Notes under the pieces: model-generated
Database searches by the model: none
Told to the model about the DNA's origin: nothing
What the model saw: only the letters and a program-made list of their open reading frames with translations
Translations under genes and position numbers: made by a program
In this document: positions 28,068 to 35,436 of the stretch, piece after piece
Position numbering within the stretch: the first letter of the stretch is position 1
Layout of the letters: the number at the start of each line of letters is the position of its first letter
DNA from: a bacterium
Lineage (GTDB): Bacteria; Patescibacteriota; Patescibacteriia; JAGPKW01
Direction: 5' to 3'
Assembly: GCA_021780535.1 (NCBI GenBank)
Contig: JAJXYN010000012.1
Location: forward strand, 5,688-69,687
Length of the DNA: 64,000 nucleotides

Positions 28068-30128
28068 TTAATTTATATAAATATTTATATTTTCTTCTTT
28101 GTTATTGTCGTTTTTATTTATAGCTTTTATATTGTATGTTCCTTTTTTTTCTGGTTTGAATATATATTCTTTTGATGTGTTTACATATTTATTATTTATA
28201 TACCAATCTACAATATTTTCTGATTGTAATGGAATTTGTGTTGTTGTTTCTAATTGGAATTCGTCAGCGTTGTGTGGTTTTGATATTATTGAATTATCTT
28301 GTAATAAATTTTTATATTTATTATAGTTGTCGTTAATTAATCCATATTCTGTATTATTACCATCTTGATATTCTTTAATGTTGTTAAATTCAAATTTATT
28401 GTTTTTATTATAATCTGAATTTATAAGTAAGTTCATTGCTTCGTGCCATATTCTTCCTGCGCCTGTTTGTCCAGAAACTTCGTCCATTGCTGTATTATTA
28501 CTATTTCCCACCCATACTGCTACTAGAAAATCTTTTGTATATCCTATTGTATAACTATCATGAAATTCTCTTGATGTACCTGTTTTTACAGCATAATCAG
28601 CTCCATCTAAATTGAGGTCACTTGATGATCCGAATTGATCCACGCCGGTTTTTCTATCACTTAATATTTTATTTATTAATTCTATATATTTTTCTTCTGA
28701 TATTTTTTTGTTTTGATCAAAATTTGTTGAACTTAGATTTATTGAATTATTTTGAAATAATTTTAATGGTAATAAATTTCCATTTTGACTAAATATTGAA
28801 AAATAATAAGATAATGTCATTAAATCCATTTCAAAACCACCTAGAGCAATTCCTAGTTCGTAATTTGATATATTTTGAGTTGGTTTGAATTCTAAATCTT
28901 TTGTTAGTAAATTATAAAAGTTGTCTATTCCATAATATTCTAAAACTTTTACAGTTGGCACGTTAAGACTATTTGATAGGGAATAATGTAAATTTACTAA
29001 ACCCCTATATTGATAATCATAATTTTTTGGATAAAACGCAAAATTATCATTTATTAGATATTTATACTCTTTATCTTCAACTGTTGTGTATGGTCTTAAA
29101 TTTTTTTCAAAACCTTTTACATATATAAATGGTTTTATGGTTGATCCTATTGGTCTTGATTGTGTTGCCATGTTTATTTGAGACCCATTCTCTGTATTTG
29201 TTGGGTCTGGAGATCCAACTATTGATAAAACTTCATTTTCTGGGTATTTTAAAACCATTATTGCACCATTTGTTGCTTTTTTTGTTGATAAATTTTCTAA
29301 ATTTCTTTTTAAAATTTCTCTTAATTTATCTGTTAATGCGGAATCTATTGTAGTTGTTGTTGTGGTTTGCCAAGGCAAACCATTATAAGACGCATTATCC
29401 ATTAGATTGCTTATTTCAAAATAATTATTATTATTTATATATTTTTTGAAATTTGATTTTAATTTTAATACTTCTTTTGAATTGCTATTTTGTGCAAATG
29501 GATTAAAGCTTGCTGGATTTGGCATTGTTTCAAGTAGGGAATTTATTTGATCTTTATTTAATAATTCTGGTGTAGTATTGAAATAATAAGTACTGGCTAA
29601 TTTTATCCCTTCTACTTTATTTCCGAAATATATACTATTTTCATACATTTGTAATATTTGTGTTTTAGGAAGATATGCTTCAAGGCTGAATGTATAAAAT
29701 AATTCTTTTATTTTATTATTAAGCGTTCTCTTGTTTTCTTGTGATAATAATATTTTTGCTAATTGTTGGGTTATTGTACTAGATGCTGTTTTCTTGTGAA
29801 TTATAAAATAATCAAAAAATGCTCTGATTGTTGATTTTATGTTTATTCCTGGATGAAAATAAAATGTTTTATCTTCTTTTTTTATTAAAGCTTTTGTGAA
29901 TTCTTTTGGTAAAAAGTTTATGTTTTCGGAATAATCTCCACGATTATTTTCTTTTATTTTTAAAATTATATTATTTCTGTCTTTTATGATTTCTGATTGA
30001 TTGTTTAGGTAGCTTTTTATTAATAAATTTTTTGCATTAGCTAGTTTTATGGAAATAAATATGGCAAATATTAGCATTAATATTGATAGACATGAAATTA
30101 TTATAATTTTCGTTGTTTTTTTGTTCAT
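28068..30128 (-). CDS. class A penicillin-binding protein (bifunctional GT51 transglycosylase/transpeptidase)
   Basis: N-terminal TM anchor. It has the GT51 motif STITQQLAK and the transpeptidase motifs STIKPF (SxxK), SNS (SxN) and KTGTS (KTG). Confidence 0.85.
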   Translation of the reverse strand: MNKKTTKIIIISCLSILMLIFAIFISIKLANAKNLLIKSYLNNQSEIIKDRNNIILKIKENNRGDYSENINFLPKEFTKALIKKEDKTFYFHPGINIKSTIRAFFDYFIIHKKTASSTITQQLAKILLSQENKRTLNNKIKELFYTFSLEAYLPKTQILQMYENSIYFGNKVEGIKLASTYYFNTTPELLNKDQINSLLETMPNPASFNPFAQNSNSKEVLKLKSNFKKYINNNNYFEISNLMDNASYNGLPWQTTTTTTIDSALTDKLREILKRNLENLSTKKATNGAIMVLKYPENEVLSIVGSPDPTNTENGSQINMATQSRPIGSTIKPFIYVKGFEKNLRPYTTVEDKEYKYLINDNFAFYPKNYDYQYRGLVNLHYSLSNSLNVPTVKVLEYYGIDNFYNLLTKDLEFKPTQNISNYELGIALGGFEMDLMTLSYYFSIFSQNGNLLPLKLFQNNSINLSSTNFDQNKKISEEKYIELINKILSDRKTGVDQFGSSSDLNLDGADYAVKTGTSREFHDSYTIGYTKDFLVAVWVGNSNNTAMDEVSGQTGAGRIWHEAMNLLINSDYNKNNKFEFNNIKEYQDGNNTEYGLINDNYNKYKNLLQDNSIISKPHNADEFQLETTTQIPLQSENIVDWYINNKYVNTSKEYIFKPEKKGTYNIKAINKNDNNKEENINIYIN

Positions 30129-30399
30129 GTAGAAATAATTATTATAATCGTTATATTAATTTAATTTTTCGTGAGTAAAATATCTTAATTTTCTATATTA
30201 AAAATTTCAAAAATTCTATTCTGAACCTTAAACTGCTCAAGGCTGTTTTGAAATTTAAACTACGAATTTTTTTTAATTTTTAACATGAAAATTTAAATAA
30301 ATTTTACAGACTCTAAATTAAATTAATAATAAATTATTATTACTATTATAGATGAATATATAATATTTGTGTTTTCTTTACAATTGGGAATAATTCTTT

Positions 30400-30428
30400 T
30401 TGACAATTAAGATTTATTTTGCTATAAT
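30400..30428 (+). promoter_or_regulatory. consensus sigma70 promoter upstream of rplU (TTGACA-17-TATAAT)
   Basis: TTGACA at 30400-30405, 17-nt spacer, TATAAT at 30423-30428, about 75 nt before the rplU ATG. Confidence 0.55.
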
Positions 30429-30502
30429 TCTCATATTATAAAGTAAAACATCTCTTTTCCTGTGGTGAATTACTATAAGTTAATAAAGAATAATATAAAA
30501 AC

Positions 30503-30820
30503 ATGATAGCTATTATTAAAACTGGCGGTAAACAATATAAAGTTTCTGAAGGTTCTAAAGTGAAAATTGAAAAACTAGAAGTTAATGTTGGAGATAAATA
30601 TACTTTTGATTCTGTTTTACTTACTTCAAAAGAAGATGGATCTGATTTAAAGATTGGAAATCCTACTGTTTCTGGTGCTAAGGTAGAAGCTACTATTTTG
30701 AAACAAGATAGACATGAAAAAGTTAGAACTATTAAGTTTAAAAGTAAAACTCATTTTAATAAAGAAAAAAATCATAGACAAGCCTTCACTGAAGTTATTG
30801 TTGATAAAATTGTTGCATAA
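30503..30820 (+). CDS. rplU: 50S ribosomal protein L21
   Basis: MIAIIKTGGKQYKVSEG... is the canonical L21 N-terminus. Size is 105 aa. Confidence 0.9.
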   Translation: MIAIIKTGGKQYKVSEGSKVKIEKLEVNVGDKYTFDSVLLTSKEDGSDLKIGNPTVSGAKVEATILKQDRHEKVRTIKFKSKTHFNKEKNHRQAFTEVIVDKIVA

Positions 30821-30923
30821 TATAAAAATAATTCGAGAAATCGAATTATTTTTTATATTACTATTTACTATTTTGCTTGATGGTTGTATATTATATGTTG
30901 CAATATAGGGAGGTGCAATTATT

Positions 30924-31259
30924 ATGATTATTGATTGTAGTCTTGATCCACGCCTAATAAACTATAAAGATGGTTTTTTGGGTATTTTTGGAAAATTTGA
31001 ATTTGAATTGGTCATGGTGAGATTTGTTGAATATTTGATAGAAATTGATAAAAATTTCTTATCAAGTTTCAATAAATATGAGCTTGAAGCTTGTGGTTTT
31101 TTTGAAAGTTTTGATGATTTTTCTGGTAGTTTCCCCAAAGATATTAGAATTATTATGGATTATTTTATTAAAGCCAAATATTTTGAATTAAAAAAAGATA
31201 ATAGGTATATTGCTACTGGCAAGCTTGTTGCTAAGCTGCTACCACTTGTTAAAAAGTAA
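30924..31259 (+). CDS. hypothetical protein (111 aa) in the position usually occupied by rpmA (L27)
   Basis: Strong SD GGGAGGTG about 10 nt upstream; the protein is not L27-like. Confidence 0.45.
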   Translation: MIIDCSLDPRLINYKDGFLGIFGKFEFELVMVRFVEYLIEIDKNFLSSFNKYELEACGFFESFDDFSGSFPKDIRIIMDYFIKAKYFELKKDNRYIATGKLVAKLLPLVKK

Positions 31260-31276
31260 AAAATCTTTTTAACAGT

Positions 31277-31305
31277 GGACGAGATTCTACATCTCGTCTT
31301 TTTTA
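31277..31305 (+). terminator. bidirectional terminator
   Basis: GGACGAGAT-tctac-ATCTCGTC followed by TTTTTT. Confidence 0.6.
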
Positions 31306-31330
31306 TTTTTTAATTTATAAAAAAGAATGG

Positions 31331-31927
31331 CTATAACTCCATTCTTCCTGATATAGAATCGCCTAATGTTATTTGATCTGCATATTCTATTTCTGATCCA
31401 ATTGGCAAACCTCTGGCAAATCTTGTCATTTTTATGTTTAAAGGTTTTAGTAGTTTTGATATGTATATAATTGTTGATTCTCCTTCTATTTTTGGATCTA
31501 TTCCAAATATAACTTCTCTTATTTTATCTTTGTTTTTTGATATTCTTTCTATAAGTTCTTGAATTTTAATTTTGTCGGGAGTTATTCCATTTAATGTATC
31601 TATTAATCCGTGAAGCACATGATATTTTCCCTTGAATTTATTTGTTTTTTCTATGTTTGATATATCTTTTATTTGTGAGACAACACATATAATGCTTGAA
31701 TCTCTATTTTTATTTAAACATATATCGCAATAATCGTTTTCTGATATATTAAAACATGCTTTACATAATTTTATATCTTTTATTTCTATTATGGCTGTAC
31801 TTATTTTTTTTAATTCTTCTTCTGTTCTGTTTAATAAATCAAAAGATATCTTCTCTGCGGTTTTTTGTCCGATAGTAGGGAAGGTATGGATTATATCTAT
31901 TAAATTTTGAAGTTTTTCTGGAAACAC
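31331..31927 (-). CDS. recR: recombination protein RecR
   Basis: HhH N-terminus (FPTIGQKTAEKISFDLL), C4 zinc finger (CKACFNISENDYCDIC) and Toprim domain. Confidence 0.9.
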   Translation of the reverse strand: MFPEKLQNLIDIIHTFPTIGQKTAEKISFDLLNRTEEELKKISTAIIEIKDIKLCKACFNISENDYCDICLNKNRDSSIICVVSQIKDISNIEKTNKFKGKYHVLHGLIDTLNGITPDKIKIQELIERISKNKDKIREVIFGIDPKIEGESTIIYISKLLKPLNIKMTRFARGLPIGSEIEYADQITLGDSISGRMEL

Positions 31928-31940
31928 TGTTGTAGTATAA

Positions 31941-32237
31941 TTAATTTAAGCCTGGTATGTTAAGTCCTCCCATTGATTGCATTTTTTTTGCCATTACCAT
32001 TTGTACTTTTTTTATGGCTTCGTTTATTGAATCTCTTGTTGCGTTTTCTAATTTTTCTTTGTTTGTTAAAAGATTTTGATCCATTATTTCAACTTTTTTT
32101 ATTTCTTGATTTCCGTTTATTGTTATTTTTATTCCTGATTTTTCTACATCTATAACTTCTAATTCTAATTCTTTTTGCAATTTTTTGGCCTGATCTTTTA
32201 GATCGGTTACTTGTTTTAATTGTGAGAATAGTGACAT
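31941..32237 (-). CDS. ybaB: nucleoid-associated protein YbaB/EbfC
   Basis: 98 aa, ending ...MQSMGGLNIPGL as typical of the family; directly upstream of recR. Confidence 0.85.
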   Translation of the reverse strand: MSLFSQLKQVTDLKDQAKKLQKELELEVIDVEKSGIKITINGNQEIKKVEIMDQNLLTNKEKLENATRDSINEAIKKVQMVMAKKMQSMGGLNIPGLN

Positions 32238-32361
32238 ATGTTTAGAAAATAATTTATTAATGTTCTAGTACAAAATTTACTAGTTGGTGGGTATTATAAC
32301 ATTTAAATTTAAAACTGAAAAACTGAAAAATTTAAAACAATTTTAAATTTCAGTTTTTAAA

Positions 32362-33030
32362 TTATATTATTTCTTCCAGTGATATTGGTGTTATGTGATT
32401 TGATGATAAATTGAGTATTTGTGGTTCTATGGTTTCTTTTGTTGGAGTAGATATTTTATTTGTTAAGATGGTAGAAGTTTCTGTCGCACTTAAGTTAGTA
32501 GCAGGTTTTGTTATGTTTTCTATTGCTACCCATGTGCTATTTTTATTTGTTGGCACTATTACAACTACTTCATCTCCAATTTCTCCTTTGTAATAGGTTA
32601 CTGAAGCTTTTTGTACTCTATAAACTGTTCCTTCTGCTAATACTGCAAATCCTTTGTTTATTTCATCTTTTATTAATGTTCCTATTAATCTTGTTCTATC
32701 TATTTGTTCTATTTGTTTATATACAAAAGTACCATCTTTTTTGATAGTTAATTTCATTTTATCTCCTTCTACTATTTTTGATTTTGATATGTAATTTGCT
32801 GGGATACTGTATTGTTTGGAATCTGGCCCTATCATAATTTCTCCGTTGAATACACCTTCTATTATTTTACTATCCTCTTCAAAATATTCTGAAGTATCAA
32901 TGTTTTTGAATTTGTTTAATATTTCATTAGATTTTTCTGGCTCTATATTAATTAAGTTTATTGTTTCTTCTACTTGTTTTTTTATTAGCAAAAGATTTTC
33001 TAAAATTTGTGATAAATTTTCTTGGTTCAT
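32362..33030 (-). CDS. hypothetical protein (222 aa)
   Basis: ORF only. A perfect AT-rich palindromic hairpin (AAAACTGAAAAATTTAAAA/TTTTAAATTTCAGTTTTT) lies just 3' of it on the minus strand. Confidence 0.45.
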   Translation of the reverse strand: MNQENLSQILENLLLIKKQVEETINLINIEPEKSNEILNKFKNIDTSEYFEEDSKIIEGVFNGEIMIGPDSKQYSIPANYISKSKIVEGDKMKLTIKKDGTFVYKQIEQIDRTRLIGTLIKDEINKGFAVLAEGTVYRVQKASVTYYKGEIGDEVVVIVPTNKNSTWVAIENITKPATNLSATETSTILTNKISTPTKETIEPQILNLSSNHITPISLEEII

Positions 33031-33232
33031 TTTTGTTTTTATTATCTTAATTAGATGATTGAATAATTAGAGTTATAGATTATTGGAGAAGGTAAAAATT
33101 TATATTTTCTAATTATCTACTCCTCAAATCATTTAATTATCTAGTTAACTTGATATTATCTCTAAAAATGGTTTTAGGCAATATAATTTGTATAAAATAA
33201 AAGTCCGCCTTCGTCAAGACTAAGGCGGATGA

Positions 33233-33306
33233 TGGCAGGAGTAGTAGGAATCGAACCCACACCAAAGGTTTTGGAGACCTTTGTTCTACCATTAAACTAT
33301 ACTCCT
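33233..33306 (-). tRNA. tRNA-Trp (anticodon CCA)
   Basis: Reverse complement reads AGGAGTA-TA-GTTT-AATGGTA-GAAC-A-AAGGT-CTCCAAA-ACCTT...GTGGG-TTCGATT-CCTAC-TACTCCT-G-CCA. A hairpin terminator (TCCGCCTT/AAGGCGGA) follows on the minus strand. Confidence 0.85.
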
Positions 33307-33395
33307 AGGTTGAAAATTAAAAACTTATAGAGAAATTATATATTAAATGTTGTGTTTAGTAAAGAATAGAAGAAGGTATTAACGATAATAGATTG

Positions 33396-33436
33396 TTTGT
33401 CATTTTATTGACAAAATGTCAAAAATATGATAACAT
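33396..33436 (+). promoter_or_regulatory. promoter (TTGACA-17-TGaTAACAT, extended -10) overlapped by TGTCA/TGACA palindromes (candidate operator)
   Basis: TTTGTCA-ttttat-TGACAAA and TGACA-aaa-TGTCA palindromes at 33396-33421. -35 TTGACA at 33408-33413 and -10 TAACAT at 33431-33436 with TG at -15. Confidence 0.4.
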
Positions 33437-33505
33437 ATAAACATGAGAAGATGGGAGTAGAGTAATCGAAACCAAAATCAAAACTTCTCATTTTTAGGAG
33501 GAATT

Positions 33506-33643
33506 ATGGCAGTGAAGAATGTTGGCGGAAAATTGTGGCTCGTCAGCTTCCCGAATGGCTCCACGATAAACGTGGAGGCCGAAACGGCAAGCCAGGCCAT
33601 TCGTGCGGCCTGCCGAGAAAGGGCCGAAGAGAACCAGCGCTGA
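33506..33643 (+). other. G+C-rich micro-gene (45 codons, MAVKNVGGKLWLVSFPNGSTINVEAETASQAIRAACRERAEENQR) and/or structured ncRNA
   Basis: AGGAGG lies 4 nt upstream of the ATG. Third codon positions are almost all G/C in an otherwise AT-rich genome. Four perfect hairpins lie at 33559-33577, 33578-33588, 33593-33612 and 33629-33651, followed by a terminator. Confidence 0.35.
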
Positions 33644-33654
33644 TGGTTCTCAAT

Positions 33655-33705
33655 TCCAGCCGCTCTAACCTTGAATGGGAGGGGAGAGCGACTGGAATTT
33701 TTTTA
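33655..33705 (+). terminator. terminator closing the G+C-rich island
   Basis: TTCCAGCCGCTCT...AGAGCGACTGGAA hairpin followed by TTTTTTTATTT. Confidence 0.6.
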
Positions 33706-33802
33706 TTTCTTTAACTTTAAAGGTTTTTTGATATTTTTAACACATTAATAACATGTTATGTGTTTTTTTATTTTAAATAGTTGTGTAGAATGGGATTTAA
33801 CA

Positions 33803-33895
33803 AAAGTTGAAATATAAAAATATTAAAATATGCAAAAGTTTTTAAATGTTTCTATATTTTACTTTTAAATGTTTCTATATTTTACTTTTTAATAT
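33803..33895 (+). repeat. intergenic element family, copy 2: GTTGAAATATAAAAATATTAAAA..., then a 24-nt unit TAAATGTTTCTATATTTTACTTTT x2
   Basis: 22/23 identical to 8482-8504; TTTCTATATTTT block repeated. Lies directly upstream of dnaB. Confidence 0.5.
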
Positions 33896-33900
33896 TTTTT

Positions 33901-35277
33901 ATGGCTGATAAATCTTTTCTTCCACCACAGAATTTGGATGCTGAAAAAAGTTTGCTTGGGGCTTTGCTTGTTGATAAAGATGCTATTGTTGAAGTTGCTG
34001 ATGTGCTTGATGCTAATGATTTTTATTCATCTTCTCATGGTCTTATTTATGATGCTATTAACACTCTTTATGAAAAGAGACAGCCTACTGATATTGTTAA
34101 TGTTATTAATATTTTAGACGAGAGAAAACAGCTTGATATGGTTGGTGGTAGATCTGCTATTATTGATTTGGCCGAAAAAAATGTAACTTCTGCTCATTCT
34201 GTTTCTTATGCAAAAATTATTTCAAAAAAAGCTACACTAAGAAGGCTTATTACGAAATCTGCCGAGATTAATGAACTTGCATATCATGAAGATATGGAGA
34301 TTGAAGAAATATTGGATACTGCTGAAAGGGAAATTTTTGGTGTTGCAAAAGATTTGAAAACGGATTCTTTTACTCCGCTTAGAAATGTTTTAAATGAATC
34401 TTTTGAGAGAATTGACTCTTTAAGTCAAAATAAAGGGCAGCTAAGAGGATTGACGAGCGGTTTTAATGATTTAGACCATACTCTTTCTGGTTTTCAAAAA
34501 TCTGATCTTATTATTCTTGCTGCTCGTCCTTCTGTTGGTAAGACTTCTTTTGCTATGGATATTGTTCGTAATGCTGCTATACAAGGTAAGGCTAAAGTTG
34601 CTCTTTTTTCTCTTGAAATGAGTAAAGAGCAATTGACTGATAAACTTATCTCTGCTGAATCTGGTGTTGATCTTTGGAAACTTAGAACTGGTAATCTTTC
34701 TGATCAATCTCATGATAATGATTTTGAAAAAATAGGTCATGCTATTAATTCTTTATCGGATGCTAATATTTATATTGATGATTCTGGTACTTTGACTGTT
34801 ATGCAAATTAGAACTAAATGTAGAAGACTTAAATCTGAACAGGGATTAGATATGATTGTTATTGATTATTTGCAACTTATTGCTGATGGTGGTTCTGATA
34901 ATAGAAATAATGAAATTTCTTTAATATCTAGATCTTTGAAACAACTTGCAAAAGAACTTGATATTCCTGTCATTGCCTTGTCTCAGTTATCGCGTGCTGT
35001 TGAGATGTCAAAACCAGCTATTCCAAAACTTTCTCATTTGAGAGAGTCTGGATCTATTGAGCAAGATGCTGATATTGTTATGTTTATTTATAGAAAAGCT
35101 GCTGATAAAAATTATAGACCGGAAGAAATTATGCCTGATGAAAAAAATGTTGCAGAAATTCATATTGCTAAACATAGAAATGGTGCCTGTGGAGTTATTG
35201 GATTATATTTTAATGGTCAAACTACTTCATTTAAGAATTTGGCTACTAATTTTAATGCATCAACTGTGGAAATCTAA
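33901..35277 (+). CDS. dnaB: replicative DNA helicase DnaB
   Basis: The N-terminal LPPQNLDAEKSLLGALL, Walker A GARPSVGKTSFA, and LIVIDYLQL/RSLKQLAKEL motifs. Confidence 0.95.
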   Translation: MADKSFLPPQNLDAEKSLLGALLVDKDAIVEVADVLDANDFYSSSHGLIYDAINTLYEKRQPTDIVNVINILDERKQLDMVGGRSAIIDLAEKNVTSAHSVSYAKIISKKATLRRLITKSAEINELAYHEDMEIEEILDTAEREIFGVAKDLKTDSFTPLRNVLNESFERIDSLSQNKGQLRGLTSGFNDLDHTLSGFQKSDLIILAARPSVGKTSFAMDIVRNAAIQGKAKVALFSLEMSKEQLTDKLISAESGVDLWKLRTGNLSDQSHDNDFEKIGHAINSLSDANIYIDDSGTLTVMQIRTKCRRLKSEQGLDMIVIDYLQLIADGGSDNRNNEISLISRSLKQLAKELDIPVIALSQLSRAVEMSKPAIPKLSHLRESGSIEQDADIVMFIYRKAADKNYRPEEIMPDEKNVAEIHIAKHRNGACGVIGLYFNGQTTSFKNLATNFNASTVEI

Positions 35278-35296
35278 AAGTTATAATTATTGATAA

Positions 35297-35392
35297 AAAA
35301 ACTAATAATAATGTTTTCTTTTCATGGTGTTTCGCCCAATTAAGATATCACATGAGCTTCACAAATGAACGAAAACATTATTATTAGTTTTT
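35297..35392 (+). repeat. hairpin element family, copy A: 22-bp perfect inverted repeat enclosing a conserved roughly 53-nt core
   Basis: AAAAACTAATAATAATGTTTTC / GAAAACATTATTATTAGTTTTT flank the core TTTTCATGGTGTTTCGCCCAATTAAGATATCACATGAGCTTCACAAATGAAC. TGcTATAAT follows immediately at 35394-35402. Confidence 0.6.
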
Positions 35393-35436
35393 ATGCTATA
35401 ATTTAATATAAAGTAATCAAGTTAATTGCTATTATT

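Noticed and set aside
33520-33700. GC-rich island considered as 5S rRNA, SRP RNA, tmRNA or RNase P RNA
   Set aside because: Only scattered short similarities to 5S (TGGCGG, GCGCTGATGG, GAGAGCGAC). The length and the architecture of four or five independent hairpins do not fit the 5S three-way junction. There is no GGAAGCAGC-type SRP domain IV, no tRNA-like ends and no RNase P conserved regions. It is kept as an unclassified element.
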